Positions 25,877-36,283 are shown, counted from the stretch's first letter. The stretch: 64,000 nt of DNA from Longimicrobium sp. (GCA_036389135.1 DASVQP010000048.1:58399-122398), one strand, 5' to 3'. Numbers and translations are program-made. Notes: generated by a model not told the origin, from the letters alone.

Positions 25877-27195
25877 TGCCGAACCTTCTCCTTCTCCTCG
25901 TCCAGATCGGCGTCGTGCTGGTTGCGGCGCGGCTGGTGGGGCTCCTCTTCCGCCGCATCCACCAGCCGCAGGTCGTGGGCGAGATGGTGGCGGGGATCCT
26001 CCTGGGGCCGTCGCTGCTCGGGTGGGCGGCGCCCGAAATCTCGGCGCGCCTCTTTCCGGCGGCGTCGCTCGGCTTCCTGAACTCGATCAGCCAGATCGGG
26101 CTGCTGATCTTCATGTTCCTGGTGGGGCTGGAGCTCGATCCGAAGCTGCTGCGCGGCAAGAGCCACACGGCGGTGGTGACGAGCCATGCCAGCATCGTCG
26201 CGCCCTTTTTCCTCGGCGCGCTCCTCTCGCTCCTCCTCTACCCGCGCCTCTCGGACGACAGCGTCACCTTCACCGGCTTCGCGCTCTTCATGGGCGCGGC
26301 CATGAGCGTGACGGCGTTCCCCGTGCTGGCGCGCATCCTCACCGAGCGCGGGCTCACGAAGACGCGCGTGGGCGCGGTGGCCATCGCCTGCGCGGCGGTG
26401 GACGACGTGACGGCGTGGTGCATCCTGGCCGGCGTGGTGGCGGTGGTGCGGAGCGGCACGGGCGTGCATTCGCTCTGGGTGACGCTGGCCGGCTCGGCGG
26501 CGTTCGTGGCGGTAATGCTTGGGCTGGTGCGGCCCGTGCTGGCGCGGCTGGAGGGCGCCTTTCACCGGCACGGCAAGCTGACGCAGGACCTGCTCGGCGG
26601 GGTGCTCCTCATGGGCCTCGCCTCCGCGTGGATGACGGAGTACCTGGGGATCCACGCGCTGTTCGGCGCCTTCCTGGCGGGCGCGGTGATGCCCAAGGGG
26701 GAGCGCTTCGTCCACGCCCTCACCGAAAAGCTGGAGGACGTGACGGTGGTCCTCCTCCTCCCGCTCTTCTTCGCCTTCACGGGGCTGCGCACCTCCTTGG
26801 CGCTGCTGGAGGGGGCGGAGATGTGGGGGTACGCCGCGCTCATCATCCTCGTGGCGGTGGCGGGGAAGTGGGGCGGCTCCACGCTGGCCGCGCGCTTCAC
26901 GGGAATGAACTGGCGCGAGGCGGGCGCGGTCGGGGTGCTGATGAACACGCGCGGGCTGATGGAGCTGGTCATCCTCAACATCGGCCTGGACATCGGGGTG
27001 ATCTCCCCCGCGCTCTTTGCGATGATGGTGCTGATGGCGCTGGTGACCACCTTCATGACCTCGCCGCTGCTGGAGTGGATCTATCCGGCGCGGATGATAC
27101 GGCGCGATGCCGGCGTTCCGGGGGAACCGGAGTCTCACACAGAGCCGCAGAGGGGTACGGAAAGAACAGCGGAGGGGTTCCCCTGTGCCTTGTAG
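25876..27195 (+). CDS. cation:proton antiporter (CPA2/Kef-like membrane domain)
   Basis: About 12 TM helices and an N-terminus LLLLVQIGVVLVAARLVGLLFRRIHQPQVVGEMVAGILLGPS typical of the Na/H-exchanger family. The last ~20 codons read into a repeat element. Confidence 0.85.
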   Translation: MPNLLLLLVQIGVVLVAARLVGLLFRRIHQPQVVGEMVAGILLGPSLLGWAAPEISARLFPAASLGFLNSISQIGLLIFMFLVGLELDPKLLRGKSHTAVVTSHASIVAPFFLGALLSLLLYPRLSDDSVTFTGFALFMGAAMSVTAFPVLARILTERGLTKTRVGAVAIACAAVDDVTAWCILAGVVAVVRSGTGVHSLWVTLAGSAAFVAVMLGLVRPVLARLEGAFHRHGKLTQDLLGGVLLMGLASAWMTEYLGIHALFGAFLAGAVMPKGERFVHALTEKLEDVTVVLLLPLFFAFTGLRTSLALLEGAEMWGYAALIILVAVAGKWGGSTLAARFTGMNWREAGAVGVLMNTRGLMELVILNIGLDIGVISPALFAMMVLMALVTTFMTSPLLEWIYPARMIRRDAGVPGEPESHTEPQRGTERTAEGFPCAL

Positions 27196-27220
27196 TTCCC
27201 TCTGTGCCCTCTGTGTGATG
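27133..27220. repeat. CACAGAG-family palindromic element
   Basis: tctcacacagagccgcagagggg ... ccctctgtgccctctgtgtga, with the conserved internal sequence shared by the other copies. Confidence 0.85.
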
Positions 27221-27402
27221 CTTTTTCCTGGAAACAGCGCTCACCTGCTAACGCACTCCCGTTGACACAAGTCCAAGCGCGGCGCTAATTTTCGGTTTCT
27301 GTGCACCCGCCGGGTGGCGGCGTGCACCCTTCGCCGTTTCCGGTGCAACCAGGCGCTTCGGCCGAACCACCGCCGCTGCCGCAACTCCATTCCGAGGACT
27401 GC

Positions 27403-28098
27403 ATGGCTTCGCCCTCCGTCGCCCGTACCCGCCGCCCCTCCGCCGCTGTCCAGTCCGACGACGCGCTCGCCATGCGCGCCGCCGAAGTCGCGGAATGGGC
27501 CAAGCGGAACATCCGCCGGATCGTGACGGTGGCCGGTGCCCTCGCCGTGCTGATGCTGCTCGCGGTGGGCTACTTCCTCATGCAGCGCAGCAACGCGTCC
27601 AGGGCTTCGGTGGCGTACCTGGAGCTCTCCGCGGGGAACGCGCAGGGGCCGCAGCGGACGACGCAGCTGGAGGCGTTCGTGGCGCAGTACGGCGGCACCA
27701 ACGAGGGAAAGGAGGCGCGGCTGGAGCTCGCCGGGCTCTACCTGGACGGCAACCAGGCGGCCCGCGCGCTCCCGCACGCCCGTGAAGTCGCGGGGTCCGG
27801 CGGGTACCTGAAGTACCAGGGGCAGCTGATGCTGGGCTCGGTGCTGGCCCGCACCGGCGACCGCGCCGGCGCCATCCAGGCGTACCGCGACGCCGCGGCC
27901 ACCGCCCGCATGGACTTCCAGCGCGCCGAGGCGCTGAACCAGGCCGCCATCCTCCAGGAAGGGGCCAGCAACTGGCAGGGCGCCGCGGAGCTGTACCGCG
28001 AGATGCTCAAGGACACCAAGGAAGGGACGATGGACCGCTCCGTCATCGAGATGCGCCTGGCCGAGACCGAGGCGAAGATCGCGACGGCGCGCCGCTAG
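27403..28098 (+). CDS. membrane-anchored TPR-like protein (YfgM-like architecture)
   Basis: One TM segment (IVTVAGALAVLMLLAVGYFL) followed by helical repeats. The ATG at 27403 is preferred. Confidence 0.6.
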   Translation: MASPSVARTRRPSAAVQSDDALAMRAAEVAEWAKRNIRRIVTVAGALAVLMLLAVGYFLMQRSNASRASVAYLELSAGNAQGPQRTTQLEAFVAQYGGTNEGKEARLELAGLYLDGNQAARALPHAREVAGSGGYLKYQGQLMLGSVLARTGDRAGAIQAYRDAAATARMDFQRAEALNQAAILQEGASNWQGAAELYREMLKDTKEGTMDRSVIEMRLAETEAKIATARR

Positions 28099-28107
28099 CC
28101 CTTCCCG

Positions 28108-29064
28108 GTGCTGGAGATACGCTACCCGTACATCGATCCCGTCGCGATCGACCTCCCCGGGCCGCTGGACGTGCGGTGGTACGGGCTTGGGTACATGGCC
28201 GGGTTCGGCGTGGCGTACTACATCCTGCGGCGCCTGGCACAGAGGCGCTTCCTGAAGCTTGACCCCGACGCGGTGGGCGACCTGATCTTCGCCCTCATGC
28301 TCGGCGTCATCCTCGGGGGGCGCCTCGGCTACATCCTCTTCTACGACTTCTCCAGCTTCGCCGCCAACCCGCTCTCCATCATCCGCATCTGGGAGGGCGG
28401 GCTCGCCTTCCATGGCGGGCTGCTCGGCGTGATCCTGGCCGGCGCCTGGTTCGCGCGGAAGCAGGGGGCCCGCTTCCTGAATCTGGGCGACGCGCTGGCG
28501 CTGGGCGTGTGCCCCGGGATCTTCACGGTGCGCGTCGCCAACTTCGTCAACGGCGAGCTCTTCGGCCGCATCGCGGGGCCGGACGTGCCGTGGGCGGTTC
28601 GTTTCCCGACTGACCCCAGGGCCGCCGAGCTCCTGGGAGTCGGCGGGGCGCTGCAGGATCGCGAGCGGATCATCCGCGACGCCTTCGAGAGTGGCCGGTG
28701 GGACGCGGTCAGCGCGGAGGTTCCCCTCCGCCACCCGTCGCAGCTCTACGAAGCGCTCGGCGAGGGGCTGGTGCTGGGAGTGATCCTCTGGCTGGTGTAC
28801 CGCTGGTCGTCGCGGCGCGGGCACCCGCTGGGCGCGGGGTTCTTTGGCGGCGTGTTCATGCTGGGATACGGCGTGGCGCGCACCTTCATCGAGCTCTTTC
28901 GCCAGCCGGACGTGCAGTTCACCGACGATGCCGACCGGGTCGGCACCGTGCTCGGCCCGCTGACGATGGGCCAGACGCTCTCGCTCCTGATGATCGCCGT
29001 GGGGATTTTTCTTCTGGTGCAGGGGTGGAGGAAGCGCGTACCGCAGGCACATCTTTCCACCTGA
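28108..29064 (+). CDS. lgt: prolipoprotein diacylglyceryl transferase
   Basis: YGLGYMAGF, IWEGGLAFHGGLLG and RHPSQLYEA motifs. Polytopic membrane protein. Confidence 0.9.
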   Translation: MLEIRYPYIDPVAIDLPGPLDVRWYGLGYMAGFGVAYYILRRLAQRRFLKLDPDAVGDLIFALMLGVILGGRLGYILFYDFSSFAANPLSIIRIWEGGLAFHGGLLGVILAGAWFARKQGARFLNLGDALALGVCPGIFTVRVANFVNGELFGRIAGPDVPWAVRFPTDPRAAELLGVGGALQDRERIIRDAFESGRWDAVSAEVPLRHPSQLYEALGEGLVLGVILWLVYRWSSRRGHPLGAGFFGGVFMLGYGVARTFIELFRQPDVQFTDDADRVGTVLGPLTMGQTLSLLMIAVGIFLLVQGWRKRVPQAHLST

Positions 29065-29075
29065 CGCGAACGGCC

Positions 29076-29993
29076 ATGGGCGCGGGACACGACCACGGAC
29101 ACGGGCATGCGCACGGCAGCCAGCGCCGGCTGGCGGTGGTGCTGGTGCTGGCGGCGGCGTACATGGTGGCGGAGGCGGTGGGCGGCTGGGTGGCCGGCTC
29201 GCTCGCCCTCCTGGCCGACGCGGGGCACATGCTCTCCGACGTGGGGGCGCTGGCGCTCGCGCTTTTCGCGGCGTGGATCGGGCGCCGCCCCGCCAACGCG
29301 CGCCGCACCTACGGCTACCACCGCACCGAGATCCTGGCCGCGCTCGCCAACGCGAGCACGTTGATCGCCATCTCCCTCTTCATCTTCGTGGAGGCGTTCC
29401 AGCGCCTGAACGACCCCCAACCGGTGCAGGGCGCGCTGGTGATGTGGATCGCGGTGGGCGGGCTGGCGGTGAACCTGGTCGGAATGTGGGTGCTCCACGG
29501 CGGCCGCGGCGAGAACCTGAACGTGCGCGGCGCCTGGCTGCACATGCTCACCGACGCGCTGGGGAGCGTGGGCGCCATCGCGGGCGGCGCCGCGGTGTGG
29601 GCGTTCGGGTGGTTCTGGGCGGACCCGGCGGTCTCCGTCCTCATCGGCGCGCTGGTGATCTACGCCTCGTGGGGCCTCCTCAGGGAGAGCGTCTCCGTCC
29701 TCCTGGAGGGCACCCCCACGCACATCGACCTGGACGAGGTGCGCGCCGCCATGCTCCAGGTGGACGACGTGGAAGCCGTGCACGACCTGCACGTCTGGAC
29801 CATCACCAGCGGCATGGAGGCGATGAGCGGCCACGTGATCGTCGGCGAGCGCCACGAGCGCCGCCCCTCCGCCGACATCCTCGCCGACCTGCACCGCGTC
29901 CTTCACGACCGCTTCGGCCTGCACCACCTGACGATCCAGCTGGAGCCCCGTGGGTTCCAGGAGAGCGGGTGCGTGACGCTGGCGGGGTGTTGA
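29076..29993 (+). CDS. czcD: cation diffusion facilitator family metal efflux transporter
   Basis: His-rich N-terminus GHDHGHGHAHG, DAGHMLSD and HMLTDALGS motifs, and a C-terminal cytoplasmic domain. Confidence 0.85.
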   Translation: MGAGHDHGHGHAHGSQRRLAVVLVLAAAYMVAEAVGGWVAGSLALLADAGHMLSDVGALALALFAAWIGRRPANARRTYGYHRTEILAALANASTLIAISLFIFVEAFQRLNDPQPVQGALVMWIAVGGLAVNLVGMWVLHGGRGENLNVRGAWLHMLTDALGSVGAIAGGAAVWAFGWFWADPAVSVLIGALVIYASWGLLRESVSVLLEGTPTHIDLDEVRAAMLQVDDVEAVHDLHVWTITSGMEAMSGHVIVGERHERRPSADILADLHRVLHDRFGLHHLTIQLEPRGFQESGCVTLAGC

Positions 29994-30027
29994 GGGGAAC
30001 CGTTTTTACGCCCAACATGCAAGGATC

Positions 30028-31110
30028 ATGGCCGCTTACACTCTGGACGTACTCGAAGCAACGCGTAGCATGTTGGCAACGTTCTTCGATGAGGTTGATG
30101 AAGTCGCCAGATTGACTCACCAACTGGCTGAGCACCGCGACGAACTTCTCTGGGAAGCGGCCCACGTCTTAACAGGACCAAACCTTTCCACAGAACACGC
30201 GCAGGGTGCGCACGATGCAGCGGCACACATGGGGAATGTTATCAGGCTGATGCGAACCTCCCGTCCAAGCGTGCTATTTCGGTTGATTGACGATCAGATC
30301 GCGAGGTTCTCCGATCTCCAGCCTCGTTTTCCTGAACACGTCCAACTAGAGGTTGATGGGCTGATTGAGGCTTTGCAGGCGTTTCATGGGGCGTATGAGA
30401 CGTTAGTGAGTAGCTACGACACCGCAAGCGCAATGGCTGTGCTCGCAGCCGGCGGAGATGTGGAGGATGCAAGAACCACCCTTATTCCGGTGTTAATCAC
30501 CATTGAAGAGGGTTTCGGTGAAGAGGGGGTTATAGCCCCCGGCGAATCCCTCTTCGAACTTTATCTCGCGTCCCACTCGGATTTCGCGCGTATAACCCGG
30601 CAGTTCGAAGCGATTGTAGAGTTGTACGACACTCTGTGCAACGTGATGGACGTCGCCCCGGGCGAGCATCCATTACGTGTAGCGCACTTTGCGTCCGGTA
30701 GCCTCTGGCTAAAGCTGTTTGGTGAGTCGCGAGTGATAACGCTGATGGTCTCTCTGGTACAGCGCAGTGTGAATTACCTCCACCGAAATTTCACCAATGA
30801 AGGGAAGATATCGTCGATCCCACGCAAGCTGGAGGCTTTAGATGCTGCCGTGCGATTCACGAACGGTTTAGCCGATGCCGGTATTGATCCCGGTCCGATG
30901 CGCGCGGAGTTGCAACATTCATCGGTACTCATCGCAAACGAGTTGAATGCATTGCTTGCAGGCGAGCCAAGTGTTCGACTGAACGGGACTGAGATCGCAC
31001 TCGCGACTGAGCTACACGCTGGGTATCTCGAAGCAGGAAGAAAGATGCTGCCAGCCCGGAGCCAAGATTCATTGACTGAACCAGGCGAAATGACGCCAGA
31101 ACAGCCTTAA
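30028..31110 (+). CDS. hypothetical protein (360 aa), AT-richer orphan gene
   Basis: Clean ORF with an all-helical-looking sequence. Its base composition is clearly lower in G+C than both neighbours. A hairpin CTCCAT-N8-ATGGAG lies just downstream (31135-31158). Confidence 0.8.
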   Translation: MAAYTLDVLEATRSMLATFFDEVDEVARLTHQLAEHRDELLWEAAHVLTGPNLSTEHAQGAHDAAAHMGNVIRLMRTSRPSVLFRLIDDQIARFSDLQPRFPEHVQLEVDGLIEALQAFHGAYETLVSSYDTASAMAVLAAGGDVEDARTTLIPVLITIEEGFGEEGVIAPGESLFELYLASHSDFARITRQFEAIVELYDTLCNVMDVAPGEHPLRVAHFASGSLWLKLFGESRVITLMVSLVQRSVNYLHRNFTNEGKISSIPRKLEALDAAVRFTNGLADAGIDPGPMRAELQHSSVLIANELNALLAGEPSVRLNGTEIALATELHAGYLEAGRKMLPARSQDSLTEPGEMTPEQP

Positions 31111-31355
31111 TCTTTCGCACCCGCCGTCATCGATCCTCCATTGTCGTAGATGGAGTGGCGCTATGCAGGTGCGCCGGTAAGGTGCTCGCGTTTATACCGG
31201 TTGACGGATGGCAAATGGGACAAACAGGTCGGCAAATTGGCCCGTACCCGCGTAATCCGGCCGGTTACTCCCGCGTAGCGGAGCGGAGGTCAGACACGCG
31301 CGATGAATCTTGCCCGTGTCCGATCTGTGCGCCACGCAGCGATGCACGCAACCGT

Positions 31356-31384
31356 CCCTCCCCCAGGTAGTTATTGGGGGAGGG
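31356..31384. terminator. stem-loop downstream of trxB
   Basis: CCCTCCCCC-N11-GGGGGAGGG lies 34 nt beyond the trxB stop. Confidence 0.6.
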
Positions 31385-31417
31385 GCCGCGAGTTCACGAG
31401 CGGGGGAGGGGGTCCCT

Positions 31418-32464
31418 TCAGTCCACCGCGATCCCGCCGCGATCCGCCTGCGCAATCGAGCTTTCGGCGGTCTCCAGCACCGGGTCCTGGCCGATGCCGT
31501 CGTGCAGGGCGAGCCAGCGCTCCGCCTCAAGCGCGGCCATGCACCCGGTGCCGGCGGCGGTGATGGCCTGGCGGAAGTAGTCGTCCATCACGTCGCCCGC
31601 GGCGAAGACGCCGTTGACGCTGGTGCGCGTGCGCCAGGCGTGCGGCGTCTTCACGTAGCCATGCTCCGTGAGGTCCAGCGCACCTTCCAGGAACGACGTG
31701 TTCGGCGTGTGGCCGATCGCCACGAACAGGCCGCCGCACTCGAAGTCCTCCTCCGCGCCCGTGGTGAGCGACTTGAGGCGCACGCCGGTCACGAACTCGT
31801 CCCCCAGCACGTCGGTCACGGCGGTGTTCCAGCGCACGCTGATCTTGGGGTTCTCCAGCGCGCGCTTCGCCATCACCTGCGATGCGCGGAACGAGTCGCG
31901 CCGGTGCACGATCACCACCTCGCTGGCGAACTTGGTGAGGTAGTTGGCCTCCTCCATCGCCGTGTCGCCGCCGCCGACCACCACCAGGCGCTGGTTGCGA
32001 AAGGCGGGGAGGGCTCCATCGCACACCGCGCATGCGGAGACGCCGCCGCCCGACTGCGCGAGCCGCATCTCGTTGGGAAGCCCCAGCCAGTTGGCGCGCG
32101 CGCCGGTGGAGATGATCACGGAGCGCGCGTGCACCTCGCCGGACCAGGTGAGCCGCAGCACGAACGGATGCCCGGTGAGGTCGACCGAGGCCACGTTCTC
32201 GCCGATTACGCGCGTGCCGAAGCGGACGGCCTGCGCCTTCATCCGCTCCATCAGCTCCTGCGCCTGCAGCCCGTCTGGGAAGCCGGGGAAGTTCTCGATC
32301 TCGGTGGTGTACATGAGCTGCCCGCCCGGGATCATCGTGGGCGAGGGCTCCCCCTCGATCACCAGGGGATCCAGGTTGGCGCGTGCTGCGTACAGGGCGG
32401 CCGTCCAGGCCGCGGGGCCCGATCCGACGATCACCACGTTCTCGATCTTCCCATCCGCGCTCAT
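31418..32464 (-). CDS. trxB: thioredoxin-disulfide reductase
   Basis: [19 protein letters not shown] (FAD), CAVCDG redox centre and [13 protein letters not shown] (NADPH). ATG at 32462-32464. Confidence 0.92.
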   Translation of the reverse strand: MSADGKIENVVIVGSGPAAWTAALYAARANLDPLVIEGEPSPTMIPGGQLMYTTEIENFPGFPDGLQAQELMERMKAQAVRFGTRVIGENVASVDLTGHPFVLRLTWSGEVHARSVIISTGARANWLGLPNEMRLAQSGGGVSACAVCDGALPAFRNQRLVVVGGGDTAMEEANYLTKFASEVVIVHRRDSFRASQVMAKRALENPKISVRWNTAVTDVLGDEFVTGVRLKSLTTGAEEDFECGGLFVAIGHTPNTSFLEGALDLTEHGYVKTPHAWRTRTSVNGVFAAGDVMDDYFRQAITAAGTGCMAALEAERWLALHDGIGQDPVLETAESSIAQADRGGIAVD

Positions 32465-32540
32465 CCGTCCTCCATGGAAGTGTGCACCGCGTCCATTCGC
32501 GATGCGGGAATATAACGGCGTCGCCAAGCGGCTGCATCCG

Positions 32541-33596
32541 TCACGCGCGCACCTCGGCCAGCGGGATCTCGGCGCAAACGCGCGTCCCGGCGCCGGGGGT
32601 GCTCTTCACCTCCACGCGCCCGCCCAGGTAGGCCGCGCGCTCGCTCATCCCGAAGAGTCCCAGCCCTCCCGAGTCCGCGCTCCTGACCCGCGCCGCGTCG
32701 AAGCCGCGCCCGTCGTCCTCCACCGTCACCACCAGCTGGTCCTCCTCCCGCCGCAGCCGCACGGTGGCGCGGGTGGCGGCGGCGTGGCGCACGACGTTGG
32801 AGAGCGCTTCCTGCACGATCCTGTACACCGCAAGCTCGCCTTCGGGCGTCAGCGCGCCGTCCACCGGCTCCGCCTCCAGCCGCACGCGCACCCCCGCGAT
32901 CTCGGACACGGAACGGACGTGCGACTCGATGGCGGGGACCAGCCCCAGCTCGTCGAGCGCGGGTGGCCGCAGCCCGCGGGCGAAGCGGCGCACCCCTTCC
33001 AGCGCCGCCCCGATCTCGCGCCGCATGTCGTCCAGCAGCCGTTCCAGCGCCTCGGGATCGGCGTTGCGCAGCACGCGGATGCGGATGAGGAGCGCGGCCA
33101 GGAGTTGCGCCGTCTCGTCGTGCAGCTCGCGGGCGATACGCTTCCGCTCCTCCTCGGCCGCGTACAGGGCGCGCGCCGCCACCTCGCGCAGCCGGGCGCG
33201 GTAGGCCGCGGCGGCGTCGAGGGAGCCATTGAAGGTGCGGGTGAGCTGCTCCAGCTCGCGGTCCGCCATGGGGGAGACGGGGGCGCGCGCGTCCAGGTCG
33301 CCGGCCTGCACGCGCGCCGCGCTGCGCTCCAGCAGCTCCAGCGGCTGCAGTGCGAGGCGCAGGATGACGGCGTTCACCAGCACGGTGGCCCCCACGCCGG
33401 CCAGGGCGAAGGCGCTCGCCAGGTCCAGGATGGAGCCGCCGGGCTTGGCGCGCACGTACGCCGCCGTCAGCGTGCTCCCCAGCACCGCGCCAAGGAGCAC
33501 CAGCGCCGCGTTGGCGATGAGGATCTTGTAGAAGAGCGGGACGCGGAGGAGCGCGCGCAGGATGCGCGCTCCGGGCGTCGCGGGCGGATCGGTCAT
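32541..33596 (-). CDS. sensor histidine kinase (HisKA_3 / NarX-DegS type), no adjacent response regulator
   Basis: Two N-terminal TM segments, H-box [10 protein letters not shown], and a HATPase region ([17 protein letters not shown]). The start is 33596 or 33647. Confidence 0.85.
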   Translation of the reverse strand: MTDPPATPGARILRALLRVPLFYKILIANAALVLLGAVLGSTLTAAYVRAKPGGSILDLASAFALAGVGATVLVNAVILRLALQPLELLERSAARVQAGDLDARAPVSPMADRELEQLTRTFNGSLDAAAAYRARLREVAARALYAAEEERKRIARELHDETAQLLAALLIRIRVLRNADPEALERLLDDMRREIGAALEGVRRFARGLRPPALDELGLVPAIESHVRSVSEIAGVRVRLEAEPVDGALTPEGELAVYRIVQEALSNVVRHAAATRATVRLRREEDQLVVTVEDDGRGFDAARVRSADSGGLGLFGMSERAAYLGGRVEVKSTPGAGTRVCAEIPLAEVRA

Positions 33597-33666
33597 GGCG
33601 GCGCGCGGGGTGCGGGTCGGCGCGGAAGATACATCCGCCCGCCGCAAAGCGCGAAGGGAAAGAAGT

Positions 33667-33735
33667 CCTAAGTGCTAAGTGCTAGGTGCTAAAAAGCGTA
33701 GTTCACTTAGCACTTAGCACTTAGCACTTAGCACT
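33667..33735. repeat. word-repeat hairpin with arms of tandem CTAAGTGC / GCACTTAG units
   Basis: cctaagtgctaagtgctaggtgctaa - loop - ttagcacttagcacttagcacttagcac. It lies immediately 3' of the cupin gene on the minus strand. Confidence 0.85.
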
Positions 33736-33743
33736 GTTGGTTC

Positions 33744-34085
33744 CTACCCCGCGTCGCGCCCGTGCACCTGAAACGGCGGGTGCGTCGCCTCCACGGCCGT
33801 GAACGGCTCCAGGATGCGGTAGGTGTGCGTGGCGCCGCGCGGCACCGTCCACGAGTCGCCGGGCTCCAGGATGAGCATCTGCCCCTCCGTGTGCAGCTCC
33901 GCGCGCCCGCTGATGACGAAGCCCACCACCTCGTAATCGCGGGCCACCGGCTCCTTGTCGTCCTCCGGCGGCGCGTTCTCCCACAGGCGCATGGAGAGGG
34001 TGACGCCGGTTGCGAGGTACTTCTGGCCGTGCTCGCCGGTCGGCGAGCTCGCGGAGCTGACCTTCATCACGCTGGTGTCGCCCAT
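33744..34085 (-). CDS. cupin-domain protein (113 aa)
   Basis: The sequence GFVISGRAELHTEGQMLILEPGDSWTVPRGATHTY has the cupin motif pattern. ATG at 34083-34085. Confidence 0.7.
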   Translation of the reverse strand: MGDTSVMKVSSASSPTGEHGQKYLATGVTLSMRLWENAPPEDDKEPVARDYEVVGFVISGRAELHTEGQMLILEPGDSWTVPRGATHTYRILEPFTAVEATHPPFQVHGRDAG

Positions 34086-34256
34086 CGTCTGTCTCCCATC
34101 AGGGGCCCGCCCCGGCGCCGTCGAGATCGTGGACGGCGGCGGAGCTTGCGAAAAGGTGCGGCGCCCCTGCGCAGGCATCGTGCCCGCGCCCGCATGGCAC
34201 GAGTCCGGCATCCGCGTTGTGCGGCAGTGCGACGCCTCCCGATTCCCGGTCGATCA

Positions 34257-34680
34257 CATGAGAACATTCCTCGTCGCGGCGCTGCTCCTCATCTCGTGCT
34301 TCCTCGCGCCGATGCCCACATCGGCGCAGCGCGCCTGCCCGCCCACCACTCAGCAGTCCGAGCGTCGCGTCCGGAATCTGCTTTCCCTTCCCAACCTGGC
34401 GCAGTCGAATGTCGACATGGGGAGTGCATCTCGCGATTCCGTGAAGCCATTGCGCACCGAGAGCGACGGTACGGTCTGCGGCGCACTCTGGAAGTTGGTG
34501 GAAGCGCAGTCCGACCGGGTTCGCGGGCGCTATACGTTCGCGTTCTACCGCTCCGTGGACCGGTACTTCGTGACACTCACGCCCCCTCCCGTGCCGCCGG
34601 GCCGAGCTATGCTCCGGCATGACGACGTAGTAGAGGTGTACGATCGCGATTTCAGGCTCCTGGCACGGTTCGGGATCTGA
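34257..34680 (+). CDS. secreted hypothetical protein (140 aa)
   Basis: Signal peptide MRTFLVAALLLISCFLAPMPTSAQ and coding-like composition. Confidence 0.6.
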
Positions 34681-34691
34681 GTAACAACTTC

Positions 34692-35651
34692 GTGGCGCCA
34701 AATTCCAAGCATCAAGAAACGCCCCCAGCTCATGCAGAGCTGACCGCTCCCGTCGCACCCGAGGCGAGCCCGCCCGGCCCGCGCGCCGTTCCCGCCCGGG
34801 AGTGCCCCAACTGCGGCACGTGGGTGGACGACCGCTTCTGCCCGAGCTGCGGACAGCGCAACGCGGAGCGGCTAGTCTCCGTCCGCCGCATGCTCAGCGA
34901 CACGCTGGAGGACCAGCTCGCCCTCAACGCCGCCCTTCCGCGCACGTTGGGAGCGCTCTTCTTCCGCCCGGGCCTGCTCACACGCGAGTACGTGGCGGGC
35001 CGGATCGCGCGCTACCTGCCGCCCTTTCGCCTGTACCTGGTCTCCAGCGTCGTCTTCTTCGTGGCGCTCTCCAGCATCACCGACGCCAACCGCATCTGGC
35101 GCGACGCGGCGCCGGCGCTCCGCGAGTGGGAGGCGAAGCACCCGGGCGAGAGGCCCAAGAACATCAACGTCGGCCTCGACACCCTGGTTGCGCCCGGCTG
35201 GATGCGCCCGCTGGCCCGCCGCATTCTCCGCCAGCAGGACAAGCTGAACGCGATGACTGCGCTGGAGTCTCTGCGCGTGCAGATGGAGAGTTTCAACCGC
35301 AACGCGCCGCGCGCCACCTTCTTCCTGGTCCCCGCCTTCGCCGCCGTCCTGCACCTCCTCTACCTGCGGCGGCGGAAGCTGTACGTGGAGCACCTGGTCT
35401 TCGCCCTTCACGTGCAGTCGTTCGCCTTCCTTGCCGCGGCAGCGGGGCTGATGTTCCCGTACACGCTGCCGGGGCGCAACCGCGTCATCGGGCTGATCCT
35501 GCTGGGCTATCTGCTGTGGGCGATGAAGGTGGCGTACGGGCAGGGGTGGCCGAAGACGATCCTCAAGTATGCCGCCGTGGTCGTGTGCTACGGCTCCATC
35601 CTCGTCGGGACGATCGCGGCGCTGACGGTGATCTCGCTGCTCACGCTGTGA
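34692..35651 (+). CDS. zinc-ribbon membrane protein (DUF3667-like)
   Basis: CPNCGTWVDDRFCPSCGQRN, followed by several TM segments. Confidence 0.65.
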   Translation: MAPNSKHQETPPAHAELTAPVAPEASPPGPRAVPARECPNCGTWVDDRFCPSCGQRNAERLVSVRRMLSDTLEDQLALNAALPRTLGALFFRPGLLTREYVAGRIARYLPPFRLYLVSSVVFFVALSSITDANRIWRDAAPALREWEAKHPGERPKNINVGLDTLVAPGWMRPLARRILRQQDKLNAMTALESLRVQMESFNRNAPRATFFLVPAFAAVLHLLYLRRRKLYVEHLVFALHVQSFAFLAAAAGLMFPYTLPGRNRVIGLILLGYLLWAMKVAYGQGWPKTILKYAAVVVCYGSILVGTIAALTVISLLTL

Positions 35652-36177
35652 CCACCGGCAGCGCCTCCTTATCGCGCAGCAGGGCGACGATCGCCTCCAG
35701 GTGCTCGTGGTCCACCTCGTCGAAGGCGGCCGGGATGGTGCTGTCGACGTCGAGCACCGCGATCAGGCGGTCCTGCGTGTCCCACACCGGCACCACGATC
35801 TCGGACATCGAGGCGGAGTCGCAGGCGATGTGGCCGGGGAACGCGTTCACGTCCTCCACGATCAGCGTCCTTCCCTCGCGCGCCGCGGCGCCGCACACCC
35901 CGCGCTCGAATGGAATCCAGAGGCATCCCATCGTCCCCTGGTACGGCCCCACCAGCAGCATCCGCTCCGCGACGCGCCGGTAGAAGCCGGTCCAGAAGTA
36001 GTACGGGAAGGCGTTGTGGAGGAGGCACACGATCGAAACCATCCCCGCCAGCAGGTCCCGCTCGCCCTCCAGCGTCGCGCGGACCTGCTCCGTGACGATC
36101 CCGTACCGCTCCGCCTTCGCCGCCGCATCCATGCGGAGCTCCCCCGTCTTGTCGGCAACCAGTGTGTATTCGGCCAT
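35641..36177 (-). CDS. GAF-domain protein, free methionine-(R)-sulfoxide reductase-like
   Basis: YYFWTGFYR...LLVGPYQGTMGCLWIPFERGVCGAAA...VEDVNAFPGHIACDSASMSEIVVPV. Confidence 0.8.
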   Translation of the reverse strand: MAEYTLVADKTGELRMDAAAKAERYGIVTEQVRATLEGERDLLAGMVSIVCLLHNAFPYYFWTGFYRRVAERMLLVGPYQGTMGCLWIPFERGVCGAAAREGRTLIVEDVNAFPGHIACDSASMSEIVVPVWDTQDRLIAVLDVDSTIPAAFDEVDHEHLEAIVALLRDKEALPVVTA

Positions 36178-36190
36178 CGTAAAGTTCGCC

Positions 36191-36273
36191 TCGCACAGAG
36201 ACACAGAGGGCACAACGAGAACAGAAAAGGCTACTCCGTGCCTTGCAGTTCCCTCTGTGCCCTCTGTGTGATG
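36191..36273. repeat. CACAGAG-family palindromic element
   Basis: tcgcacagagacacagagggcac ... gttccctctgtgccctctgtgtga. Confidence 0.85.
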
Positions 36274-36283
36274 GTGTTATCGG

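Noticed and set aside
33667-33735. A bona fide CIRCE operator
   Set aside because: CIRCE is TTAGCACTC-N9-GAGTGCTAA. Here the AGTGCTAA-type arm comes first and the TTAGCAC-type arm second, the words are tandemly reiterated, and no chaperone gene follows.
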